A DNA stretch of 63,833 nucleotides, filler included, from Reclinomonas americana ATCC 50394 (lineage: Eukaryota): the NCBI GenBank assembly GCA_048213135.1. It is 12 parts of 12 records of this genome, joined end to end, with 100 filler letters (N's around TTAATTAATTAA, not from the genome) between each part and the next. Parts side by side here need not be neighbours in the genome. Positions count along the whole stretch, not along the records: positions 49,847 to 59,524 come from AFZH01017731.1; positions 59,625 to 62,456 come from AFZH01017732.1; 10 more parts are not named here. One strand, 5' to 3'. Of the stretch, positions 50,560 to 62,556 are shown piece after piece. A program made the translations under genes and the position numbers. How positions within the stretch are numbered: the first letter of the stretch is position 1; each line of letters begins with the position of its first letter. Below the pieces are notes generated by a model. That model was not told the DNA's origin, did no database searches, and saw only the letters and a program-made list of their open reading frames with translations.

Positions 50560-53500
50560 TTACCTTTCATCCTCATCCTCCTCCTCTTCCTCCCCCTTTC
50601 CCCCTCCTCGCATCTCATCATCATCCTCATCCTCCTCTCCCACCTCCTCCTCCTCCCCTTCCTCCCCCTCCTCCTCCTCCACCACCCTCCCCACCGCCTT
50701 CCTCTTCTTCTCCAACGCCGCCTGCACCGATCCCTGCGCAAAGAACATGTCGCACAGCTGCTGCGACGTGGTGGCATCCTCCGGTCGCTTGTCGGTGCGC
50801 ACGCGCAGGAAGCGGGGGAAGCGGAGCGAGATACCACGCTCGCCCAGATCGACGTGCAGTCCGCGCCCGGCCGTGTACACCGGGCTCAGCGACAGGTCGG
50901 CCGCCGCGATCTCCCACACCTACGATGGCGACACAAGGAGTTTGTCAATATCAGAGACGGAATGGAGCGGTGAACGAAGGCGCACCTCGAACGGCTTGAC
51001 CCACATGTGCGCCAGGTGTCGCGTGTTCTCGTCATAGTCGCACTCCACTTGTGCCTTCTCGATGCGGTGCTGCGCGAAGACCTCGTTGTTGCGGCGATAG
51101 AATTCGTCCTGATAGCGAAGAAGGGTGAGAGGGAGAGAGAGGAGGAGAAGAGGCGTGAGAAGTGCAAAGGTTCTCTAAGGATCTCTTGCTGCTGCAAGCA
51201 AAGGCCTGCGACATCGCGAAGCCATCCATGCTCAGCGCCTCTCACATTCATTCTATCGTTTCGGCGAATCCATTCCCCAGCTCAGCTGTGACTCACAGAT
51301 AATCTCCTTACTTCATGACACAGAAGCAGCAATGGCCACCGAATACAATTTCGCTCTGCCTGCCTGCTGAAGACAACCTCCGCTCTGACTCGCAAATCAT
51401 ATCCTCACTTCAGTGCAGCATGCCAGGCATCTCCGACTCACAATCCCGCGACATGTCACCAACGTCATCCTCTCTTCTCTCTGCACGATTAAGGCGCAAT
51501 ATCTCCTTCTCGAAAAAGGTATAATGACGCGAGACTCTATAACCAGTCACGCATCCCCTCATCTCCTTCACACCCAATGTGCGAACGTAACTGTGAAGCC
51601 AGTCATGCACTTGGTGACCGCCTACCGCAGACTCCGAGTGAGCAAAACAAATCGCAGAGAGCACCCTTCAGAAACCTCTTTTCCTTCAGAAGACCCTCTC
51701 TCCCGAAGACCCGTTCCCTGCAGAAACCCTTTCCATGCAGAAGACCCTCTCCCTTCAGACGACCCTCTCCCATTTGAATACGCTTTCCCTGTAGAAGCCT
51801 CTTTCCCTTCAGCACACCCTTTCCCTTCAGCAGACGCTTTCCATTCACAAGACCCTTCGTCCCCTTCAGAAGACTTCGTCACTTCACGAGACCCTCTCTT
51901 TTCAGAAGCCCGTTCCCGTCCGTCAGAAAACCTCTCCCTTCAGCAGACCCTTGCCCTCGAGAAGACCCTTTCCCTTCAGCCGTCAGAAACCCATTCCCTC
52001 CAGAACATACTTTCCCTTTAGAAACCCCTTTCCCTTCAGAAGACCCTCTCCCTTCAAACGACCCTCTCCCTCCAGAAGATCCTTTCCCTCAACAAGACCC
52101 TTTCCCCTCAGAAGATCCTTCCCCTTCAGAAAACCCTTTCCCTCACCAAACACTTTCCCTTCACGAAACCCTTTCCCCTCAGTTTCCCTTCACTGCCCCT
52201 CACAAACCTGAAAGCGCCCCGTCTCCTCATCATAGCATCCCAGCAGATACGTGCCTGCGCAACTACTGAGTCACCAACAAACTCACCCCCACCTCCGCCT
52301 CGCCTCACAAACAAACCCCAAAATCCCGCCCGCCGACCAGTCCCATGCAGCGCACCGAGCGGCACCAAGTCCACCGTGTCGGTGACGCCTTGCATGTAGT
52401 CCTTTTTCAGCTTGAGCCACGACAGACAGCGCCACGGCACGTAGGTCGACTCGGGTGACTTGATCATCTGCGCTCATGGTGAGTCTCCTATTTGAAATCA
52501 CTCACTCGTTAACTCTCTCTGAAAGAAAGAGAAGTACTCTCATTCGCTCTCCCTGAGAAAGAAAAGCCTTTCTCGTTCACTCTCTCTCTCTGAGAGAGAA
52601 AAACACTTTCTCGTTCACTCTCGCTGAGAAAGAAAAGAGTCTCTCTCTCTCTGAGAAGAAAGCACTTTCTTGTTCACTCTCTCAGAGAAGAAGAGCCCTT
52701 TCTCGTTCACTCTCTCTCTCTCTACTAAAAGAAGGAGAAGTACTCTCATTCGCTCTCCCTGAGAAGGAAAAGCCCTTTCTCGTTAACTCTCTCTGAGAAA
52801 GAAAGCCCTTTCTTGTTCACTCTCTGAGAAAGAAAAGCCCCTTTCTCGTTCACTCTCTCTCTCTCTCTTTCTCTGAAAAAAGGCAAGCCCTTTCCGTTCA
52901 CTCCCTCTGAGAATGCAAGCACTTTTCGTTTACTTCTCTCTCTCTCTCTCTCTCTCTGAGAAAGTAAAGCCCTTTCTCGTTCTCTCTCTCTCTCTCTGAG
53001 AAAGAGAAGAGTGTCTTCCATTCTGTCTGTATGATGTATTGTTTCCCTCTCGCTCCCCCTCCCTCTCCCGCGCACGCAACAAGTCCCTCGCAATTGGCCT
53101 CCAGTGACGCCTTGAAGAACTCCTCCAACTGCGCATCGTCGCTGGTGAAGGCGTGGTGCACGAGACCGAGTTCGCCGGGCAACCCTTCGCGCAGCACGTC
53201 GCGCAACACAGCCCGCCGCTCGCGCAACGGGGTGTCGATCAGCGAGCGTCCGTTCAGCTCCATCACGTCAAACACAAAGATGCAAATCTGCACCGGCAGC
53301 GCCTGGATCTCCTCCAGCGTGGGGTTGGAGCGCGGCCGATTGGTGGCAGTCTGGAACGGCAGGATCTTGTTTGCCTCTCGATCGTACGCCACGGCCTCCG
53401 CATCGAGAATGCACGAGGTGATGCGCTCGCTCGGCAGTCCTCGATTAATGATCTGCGGAGGGAAAACTGAGGAGAGAGGAGATCTTGACAGAGGTGAAGA

Positions 53501-56500
53501 TCATGGTGCGCAACGTCAACAGCATCCGGGTACGCCGCTGTCATGTCTTCGAGATGGCGACTGAAGATGCGTATCTGTCGCTGGCCGCCAAGGGAGGAGA
53601 CGTGGATCTGCATGCGGCTGCCGTCGTACTTGTAGTCCATGCAGAATTCGGGGTCGACAATGGTGGCCTGCTGCATGCGCTGCGTGGTCTCCTTGAAGTT
53701 GCGACAGGGCTGCATTTCGACACCAAGGACGCGGGGTGAGACGGGAATGGAACTCTGCAAGTTGTTCTCTGTTTCTCCTTTCTCCCTTCCTTCCTGCCCA
53801 AGAACGCAACGGTGGCCAACATTGGGTGCACTGGCGCGATTCCTGGCTGCATCGGATATTGCTCAACAATGGCAGGACCCACACCATGCACCACCAGCGC
53901 ATCGACAAGCTCGTGCAACACCGGCCGTGTAAAGTACGCCTTGCGCACAAGGAGCGCTGCCTCCGCAGTCGCCGACTTCCAATCGGGCGACTCCTCATCG
54001 ACCTCGCGCAGTTCGGGAGTCGTGTGAAGCAGCACCGCGTGCGCCAGGGCGTTGATCACTGCACAGATGCACTGGTCAGGTTCGAGGTTGAAAAGAAGAA
54101 AATGGCATTGTCACTCACCAGTCTTTTCCACGGCGCCTACGCGCATGTGACCTGCGACACAGAGCACTTCTTCAGCAACCGATAGAATACACACGCAGCT
54201 GATTGAGACGAAACTCATGAACGAGCGAACAAGATATCTCGTCTCGGGACCGCCAGCGCGACATGAAGACATCTGCAGCAATGTAGGATGAGCTACGCAT
54301 GATCTTGTCTCCCCACTCTTCTTATGTTTTCCTTTTCTTCCTTTTCTCTTTTCCTCTCTTTTCCTCTCTTCTCCTCTCTTTTCCTCTTGTCTCCTCTCAT
54401 TTCCTCTCTTCTCCTCTTTCCTCCTCTCTCCTTCTCTCTCCTCTCTCCTTCTCCTCACTTCTCCTCTCTTCTCCTCTCCTCTCCTCTCCTCTCCTCTCCT
54501 CTCCTCCTCTTCTCTTCCCACTCTTCTCCTCTCTTCTCCTCACTTATCCGTTTCTCCACTCTTCTCCTCATCTTCTCGAGCTCCTTATCCTTCTTCTTTT
54601 CCTTCTTCATCACTTTCTTGTTCTCGTTGAAGTCCGTTTTCTTCTTCTTTCCCTTCTGCTTCCGATTGTCTCCTCTTTCCCATCCTCCCCTCCCTCGTCC
54701 TCCTCCTCCACCACCACTTCCACCTCTCCTACTTGTCGTTTCTGTTCTTCTTCTTCTCTTCATCTTTTTCTTGTTCTTCTGCAATCCTCTCCCTCCCTCT
54801 CCTCCTCTTCCTCCTCCACCACAACCAGTTTTACCTCATCCACTTGTCCTTTCTGTTCTTCCACCACCTTCTTCTTTTGTTCTCCATCTTCTCCCATTCT
54901 CTCCTCCTCCTCCTCCTAATCTTCTCCTCCACCTTCCTCCACTTGCCCTTCCTGTTCTTCTTGTTCCTCTTCTGCTCCTACTCCTTTCCACCTCCTTCCC
55001 CTCCCACACACCAGTCGACGCATAATCGCCAGCCGCCGATGCCGCTTATCCTCCTTGCCCAGTTGCCGCAGGGCGTCAAACACACCGCAGATGGTCAGCG
55101 GCGCCGGTTGCACCAACTGCTTGTTCTTGTTGCGATACCGTTCGGCCACCAGCCCCCAGTCGCCGAGCTGCGTGGAATGAGTGAGCACACACACTCACTT
55201 TCACGTCTCTTCCACACGGTACATCCGAGTCAAACACTCGTGCGAAAAGAATAGCAGCAAGGACGAGTGAGAATGAATTTGACCACGAGGAGAAGTTCAG
55301 ACACGACGAAAAGACTGGATTGTGTGGGGAGGTGAAGTACACGTGAGGGGAAAGGACAGTGAGCGACCGTAAGGCACACCGCACGAACGAAAAAGCAGTG
55401 AACTTCCTATCATGCACACTTGTGAAGACAGCGCGATTTTCCCTCTCTCTCTCGTTCATGCTCCCTCCCCGAGTGTGTAAGAGGGAGAGAGTGTGTGTGT
55501 GTGTGTGCATGTGCGACCGCGCGTGTGTGCGTACGTGGGTGGGAGAGAACGGTCTCACAATTCTGTTGTTAATCCAAGTCGTATCTTCCCCTTTCTCGCC
55601 CCCTCTCTTTCTCTCTCTCTCTCACTCTCTCGCACTTTCTCGCTCTCTCTCTCTCTCTCTGTTTCTCTTCCCTTTCCCCTTCCCCTTCTCCTCCTCCCTC
55701 CCCTTCCCTTCCCCCTTTCCCCTCCCCTTACCCCTTTCCCCCTTCCTCCCCTTCCCCGCAACTTTCGAAAAATCCGACCCCAGCTTCCTCCGCGGCACTC
55801 CCGTACTCTCCGTGATCGCACGCACCACCGCCGCATCCCTGACCTTCATCGTGGACCCCGGCTGAAACGCCGGCGCAATGCGATTGCACACCATGTAGAG
55901 CGCCGCCTTCAGCGACTCAAACTCACCACGCACCAGCAACGCCTCAAACAGCACACGGAGGAAGCGCGTGATCGCCAGTCGCTTCTTGGTCTCCTCCACT
56001 TGCAGCAGTGTCTCGGCCAGCATTTGAAAGGGAGCGGATGGGGAGGCGGCAGCAGTCTGCGATCCAGCGATGAGGCGAGAGTGAAGAAAATGAGGCAAGA
56101 CGACCAACGACGCACTGCTTGCGGCTGCGTCACAGTGAAAAACGAGGGTGTCTTGTCCTCTGTCTTAATCGTCGAACCGGCAGCAGTCTGCAATCCAGTG
56201 ATGAGATCGGAGCAACAGTGAGGACAAGGCAAGACAACCGAGACGCACCGCTTGCGGCTGCGGCACGGTGAAGAACGAGGGTGTCTTCTCCTCTGTCGTC
56301 ACAGTCATACCGGCAGCAGTCTGCAATCGAGCTATGAGATCGGAGCAACAATGCGGGAAAGACAATGAAATACGAACTGCTTGCCGCTCCGGCACGGTGA
56401 AGAACGAGGGTGTCTTGTCCACCACTTCTTGCACATCCACATCGTCATCGCCTGTCAAATCGGCAGCAGTCTGCGATCCAGCGATGAGACCAGAGCAACA

Positions 56501-57018
56501 GTGAAGACAAGTCAAGGCAGGAAGATGACGCACGGCTTGCGCCAATGTCAAGAACTCGTCTTCTCCCTTTGCCTCTTCGTCATCATCATCGTCGCCCGTC
56601 AAATCAACAACGCCAACATGCGGCCGTTTACGCTCCGGAGATGCACTCCGCTTCTCCGCAGGCGACAACGGCCGCTCGCGACGCCGACTCGCAAAGAACG
56701 AGCTGCAAAACAATGAGTCCGGAGTGATCCATCGCAATCACTCCGAATCGCTCACCGAATGCCCTCTGTCTTATCCCTCTTCTTCTTCTCCTTGCTGTCA
56801 CCATCGTGCTCGCGTTTCACAGGCGATCGCTGCTGCTGCGTCGATGTCGATGTCGACCGATCGCACAACCACGCGGCCGCTCGTTCAAGATGCGCTTCTT
56901 CCTCTTCTTGCGCATCGCCATGGAGATCGCGAGTGGCAATGAGTGCGCGCTCGAGAAGCGATGGAGGAGTGTCGGGGAAGATGAGGAGCAAGCGCGGAAC
57001 GAGTTCTCCACTCGTCAT
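50560..57018 (-). CDS. ATP-dependent DNA ligase, LIG1/LIG6-like family, multi-exon; 3' end uncertain
   Basis: HPMLA; motif [30 protein letters not shown]; IIIa [62 protein letters not shown]. Confidence 0.93.
51660..52190. repeat. ~18-bp intronic minisatellite (gaagaccctctcccttca-like) in a ligase intron; AG/CT composite repeats also at 52500-53010
   Basis: Many degenerate units are visible. Confidence 0.8.
56044..56545 (-). repeat. Tandemly repeated intron+exon unit (4 related introns, 3 related exons) in the ligase 5' region
   Basis: Repeated gt(g/t)cgt..ctcat..gat(c/t)gcag|ACTGCTGCC..AAGACACCCTCGTT.TTCAC.GTG..GCAAGCN. Confidence 0.85.
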
Positions 57019-57204
57019 CGAACATCGCAGGACAAAAAGAATGAAACAAGGAAAAGTCGGCTTGTCCATGTGCGCTCATTGTTTCTGCAAGGGTGGGGCA
57101 TGGTATGTGGTCTGTGATGTGTGCCACGCGATTGTCGGCGTCCAGTGTGTGAAGTTGCGTGAATTATTTCGACTCCACTACCTTGCTGCTTGCTTCACGG
57201 ATCC

Positions 57205-57546
57205 GGAACCGCTCTGTCGCTGCCAACAACGTCTCCGCTGACATCACAAAGGTTAGCTGGAAACGCTCTCTCTCAGTGAGCTGGAAGCGAAGTGGAAACT
57301 CGATTTGCATCTGTCCACGTTCTGAGCGCAACGAAATTCGAACACACGTCGCTGACGCTCCACCGCTGCCACCAATACCTCCGCTAGCATCGCAAAGGTT
57401 ACGTGGAAACGCTCTCTCCAAGTGAGCAGGAAGCGAAGTAGAAATCCGCTTGGCAGCTGTCCACGACTCGTCGACGTTTCGAGAGGAAATTCGAACACAC
57501 GTCGCCGTGAGCATAGAAAACGCTCCCATCGCTGCCACCAACACCT
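57205..57546. repeat. ~145-bp imperfect tandem repeat (~2.3 copies) between the divergent ligase and Hsp70-like genes
   Basis: ggaaacgctctct..gtgagc.ggaagcgaagt.gaaa..gaaattcgaacacacgtcgc..cgctgccaccaa is repeated. Confidence 0.8.
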
Positions 57547-57665
57547 TTCCTTGTGTGCTTTACCCTCATCGTGCGCCACACGCCAGCCATTTCCCTCCCA
57601 CAACATATCAACGTCGCGTGTCCCGAGCGCCAACTTCACAACCTCTCTTTCACATTCAGAGCGCA

Positions 57666-60600
57666 ATGCCCGTGCCCGACACCTGCGCCGTCGGCATCGA
57701 CTTTGGCCACTCGGAAGTGCGCGCCTGCATCTGCATCGCCACCTCCGCGCACTCCACACGCCTCCACCGCAAGGCGCCCGCACTCTCCGTAACCTCGGGC
57801 TCACTGGCCCTCCAATTAAGCACACTTGCCTCGGGAAGCTCACACACAGGCGGCGGAGGAGACTCACTGGGAAATGGAAACGAGGTGTATCAGTTCGAGC
57901 CTGTGCGTTTCGCAGACGCGCCCTTGCAAGGTGCGACATGTTGTTTTACACGTTGGTGGTTTGCCTTCGACCAAAGTGCACACGTCCCAACTTATTATCA
58001 TTTGCGTATCATTATCATAATGTCATGTTGTGTACATAGCTCGCCCGATCTCTCGTGATGGATATGATGATGATGTGGGGGGAACGCCGAGGGCGATGGG
58101 TGTGTTGGAGAGGCGACCGGGAAGGATGAGTTATGCGGCACCGACGGTTTGGCGCGTTTCGGCGGATTCGGGGCGCCGCCCGGAAGCGTTTGGGGATGAT
58201 GCGAAGCGGACGGCGCACATTCGCCCCGCGCAGACGTACTATGGCGCGGATTTTTATCGGGCGCATTATGCGTCGTTGCGTGAGAGGGATGAGGGAGGGG
58301 GTGATGGGGGAGGGAGGGGGGGAGGGGGAAGGGAGAGAGAGAAAGAGAGCGATAGTTTGTCGTTGGGAACGACTGTGATCGTGTCTGCGTGCGTCGGACA
58401 CTAGACGATCGTGATGCGTGATCGCTCTCACTCACGCATTCCGATGCCTCTGCGCCGTGCATGTTCTTCGTCAGACACAGTCTCTCTCTCGTTCTCAAGG
58501 GTTCGGCGCTCTGCCGACACCTTGGCTCATCTGTGATCGCCCTCCGACGATTGCGAATTCTCTCTCTTGCTCTTTGTCATTCGTGAGTTCGATGCCGTCG
58601 CTCGGCTGCGATGGTCTCTCTTGCATCTTGCATTCAACGATCGTGGGTCGCTCTCTCTCTCTCCCTTTCTCTCTCTCCCTCCTTCTCTCTCTCTCTCTCT
58701 CTCTCTCCCTCCTTTCCCTTCACTCACCCTCCCTTCCCCTTCTCCTTCACAGCGAACTCGGCCACCACATGCTCGTCACCGCCCTGGCCTACGTGCTCGA
58801 ATCGTGCTACTACCACGTGGAGGAGTTCTTTGGCGAGAGCATTGTGCGCGGCTCAGTCGTCTTCACCTGCTGCATTGGCGTACCGGGCACTGTGGACCCC
58901 ATCACACGCGCCCTCTTTATGCGCTCAGCCAAGGAGGCCGGCTGGCGCGACTGCGTGCCCACCGACGTGTCGTCGTGCTTTGCGCTGGCCATGAACCACT
59001 CGCCCGTGCTGCGACCGCGCTACGAGCGACCAGAGCGACCGGTGCCGTCGGACGGACGCTTTCTGGTGATTGACGTGGGCGCCGGCGCCGTGCACTGCGC
59101 CGTGTACTCGCGCAAGAGCAGCGAGCTGGACCTGGAGTACAAGGCCTCGTACGACGATCTCGGCGGCGACGCCGTCACCTACGCCCTCTTTCGGCACGTG
59201 CTGACCACGATTCCGGCGCTAGAAATCAACCCCGACAAGAGCCCCATTGATCTGGCCGAATCACTGAAGCCCTACCACCGCGGCAACCTGCAGAACAAGG
59301 ACTACCGGCGGCTGTGGATCGCCTGCGATCACGCCAAGGTCGATTTCGAGAACGACGCGCAGGAGGTGTCGATTTGCGTGCCGGCGTGGGGTTTTTGCGG
59401 CAACATTGAGGTCAAGCTGGATGTCGCGAAGGTATGTAAATGGACATGAAGGGCCTCTCTCTCTCTGTGTGTGCTGCGGATGCGTGTATTATACCGCTCT
59501 CCTCCCTTCTTTCCCTTCTTCTTTNNNNNNNNNNNNNNNNNNNNNNNNNNNNNNNNNNNNNNNNNNNNTTAATTAATTAANNNNNNNNNNNNNNNNNNNN
59601 NNNNNNNNNNNNNNNNNNNNNNNNTCCCTCCGTTCCTTCCCCTCCGTCCTTCCCCTCCGTCCTTCCCCTTCGTCCTTCCCCTCCGTCTCCCTTTCCCTTC
59701 CCCCTTCCCCTTCCCCTTCCCCTTCCCCTTCCCCTTCCCCTTCCCTTATTCCCCCTCTCACTTCCCCTTTTCCTTCCCCTTTTCCTTCCCCTCTTCGCAG
59801 TTTGAGGAAATCTGCCGACCATACGTCATGGCGGTGGAGTCGACGACGGCCAAATTCCTCACCTCGGTCGGCGTCTCCGTCTTCGACCTCTCCCACGTGT
59901 TCCTCACCGGCGGCGGCTCCAAACTCGACTCGCTGGCTGCAGTCCTCTCGCGCACGTACGGTTACGATCGTCTGGTTGTTATGAACGATTTGGTGGCACG
60001 TGCGCAGCCGCTCGCCCGCGGAGCCGCTCTGCTGGCCACTCAGACGCGCGCCGTCAAGATCCTCTCCAATGGCCGCTTTGACACGTCGGGCTCGCTCTCC
60101 CGCAACCCGCCCTCGTCACCGCGCTCGCCCGTTCACCGGCAGCAGGATGCCACCAAGGGTTTGTTTCTTTTTCCATCCAAGATATTTGCTTCTTGCTGTC
60201 ACTCACTCGCTCTTTGCCGACACAGACGTCACCGATCACCTTCTCCCGCTCATCAGTCGCAGCTCGTACAGCTGGGTGATGGGTGTGGTTCTCCAAGAGC
60301 CGACGGGAGTTTCGTCTTGCACTTGCATTCCCTCCTTTGTGACTTGTGTGCTGACCTCATTCCCCTCCACAGCGATTCACCACCGAGTCCGTGTACCGCG
60401 TCCACCCGTTCGTGTCGTGGCAGTCGGGTGCGCCAGGCATCTACAAGGCCTACGTGGATCCGGTGCTCGTCGGCCAGCGTGCCGTCCTCATCCAAGTCGT
60501 GTGCGGCCGCTCCACGGCCGACACGCTCCGACTCGACGACTGGCGCTGCCTGTGCCAGCTGCGCATCCCCGTCTTCAAGGCGTGCGATGTGGAGTTGTCG

Positions 60601-61971
60601 CTCGATTTCGACGCACTGGAGCGATTCTCTGTGCAGCTGCGTGACCTCGTCACTGGCGCCACCCGCCTGCTCAAGATCGACGGCATGTACTCGCCACCCG
60701 ACGGCATCCTGCACTCGCAGGAGACCGACGATGTGCAGACTGCGGTTGCGTTACCCGTTCCTCAAACTGTCAGACTCTTGGCGTGGTTGCTGACTTTTCT
60801 GTCCCTTCCAGCTCGACATTGTGCTGTCGGCCAAGGATCCATCGGGCGAGGTCTCCGACATGCCGAATGCCTTCGGTTCGGCCTCCATTGCCGGCACCAG
60901 TGTGTTTGGCGGCATGTCGATGATGTCGCGCATGTCGTCCGGGTCGAAATTGTCGACCGTCTCCAAGGTCTCCGCCATGTCCAAGTCGTCGGCCGTGTCG
61001 GGCGCCTCCTCCACCTCCACCTCACCACCCACGTCCCCACGCGGAGTCTCTCGCACGTTCCGCGCCCCGCCAGTGCTGGGCAAGGCCGACGCGCCAGTGG
61101 TGCCCACCAGCCAAGGCCAGTCGGTGCCCGGTGCCACGGTGCCGCCGTTGCCGCTCTCGCGTCTCAACTCGGCACGCACGGGAACGCCGCGTCTCGCCGA
61201 CACCGAATTCATGTCCATCACCCCATCACAACTGCAACAAGAGTTGACACCGTCGCCCGCGTCCTCCAATGCCCTGCCACTGGCCGCCGCTGTCGTGGGC
61301 ACTGGCATGGCGCAGCAGGCGGCAGATGCGGCTGCGGCCGCCAGCTACGAGCTGGAGTCGATGGGCGTCAGCAGCGGCGACTACTACTCGAAGCTGCGAG
61401 CGGAGGCCAAGGCCATGATGCAGCGGAGACCCGAGTTGCGTTGCAGTTGCTCCATGCTTGTTGTTGGATGATTCCCTTGGCTCACATCGTCTACATGCAG
61501 GAGGGATGAACGACCACGCAGTCGGAGTCCGCGCGAGAGTAGCCCGTCACCGAGCGAGGGCGATCGGTGCGTGTTTCCCAGTCCACCTTTTGTGTCCTCC
61601 TCATTCGCTCACGCGTGTCGAGACAACAGAGCCGCGTCACCGTCAGCGCGCCTGCTGAAGGATCGTGCAATGCACGACGACGAGGACGACCTTGATGCTT
61701 TCCGCGACTTGGCCGATCACCTGCCACTGAGCCAATCGGTGACGCGCATTCCAAAGGTGAGCTGACTCTCCCTCTCTCACACACACACTTGCTCTCTCTT
61801 TCTCTTTCTCTCTCCATGTCATCTGACCTTGTGTGCTGTAGAAATACGGCAACATGATTCGCTCCGAGTTCAACCAGACCACGCACGCAGTCAACATCTC
61901 CGCCAAGCCATGCGGCGATATTGGCGCGCTGGTGTTGTCGCGCTTTATTTCGGGCCCGCTGCCGACCGAGG
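57666..61971 (+). CDS. Atypical Hsp70-family (actin-fold ATPase) protein with long low-complexity C-terminus; may continue past 62557
   Basis: AVGIDFG, AFGDDAK, IGVP..RALFMRSAKEAG, FLVIDVGAG, DLGGDAV, RRLWIACDHAK, FEEIC, VFLTGGGSK, LARGAALLA in Hsp70 order. Confidence 0.82.
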
Positions 61972-62556
61972 TTTGTGACGCGATTTGATCTTGCTCTCTC
62001 TTCTCCTTCGGCTTTCTTCCCGCGCTCTGTATTCGCTCTCTCCTCATTCGCCCGCCTTCGCTTCCCTCTTTCTCCTTCTCTCCTTTCTCCTTTCCCTTCT
62101 CCCTTCCCTTGTCCCGTCCCTTCCCCTTCGCCCTTGCCATTCGCCTTCACTCTTTCCTTTCCCCTTCTCCTTCCCCCTGTTCCTTCTTCCTTTCCTTCCC
62201 CTTTCCTTCCCCCTGTTCCTTCTTCCTTTCCTTCCCCTTTCCTTCCCATTTCCTTCCCTTTCCCCTTCCCCCTTCTCATCCCCTGCTTTCCTTCCCCCTT
62301 TTCCTTCCCCTATCCTTCCCCTATCCTTCCGTCTTCCCCTTCCTTCTTCGCCTTCTCCCTTCTCCTCCCCCTTCTCCCTTTCCCCTTTCCCCTTCCCCCT
62401 TCTCCTTCCCCCTTTTCTTCCCCCCTTTTCTTCCCCCCTTTTCTTCCCCCTTTTCTNNNNNNNNNNNNNNNNNNNNNNNNNNNNNNNNNNNNNNNNNNNN
62501 TTAATTAATTAANNNNNNNNNNNNNNNNNNNNNNNNNNNNNNNNNNNNNNNNNNNN

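Noticed and set aside
51660..52190. Short repeats as a possible CRISPR array or coding repeat (ORF 51413..52021)
   Set aside because: Head-to-tail degenerate minisatellite without unique spacers, in a eukaryotic intron, with no cas genes.
17590..57018. SMC6, nuclease and ligase as a DNA-repair or defence gene cluster
   Set aside because: Separated by many unrelated genes and gaps; no evidence of operon-like linkage.
57474..57497. Possible heat-shock element upstream of the Hsp70-like gene
   Set aside because: GAA/TTC spacing does not give three correctly phased nGAAn units.
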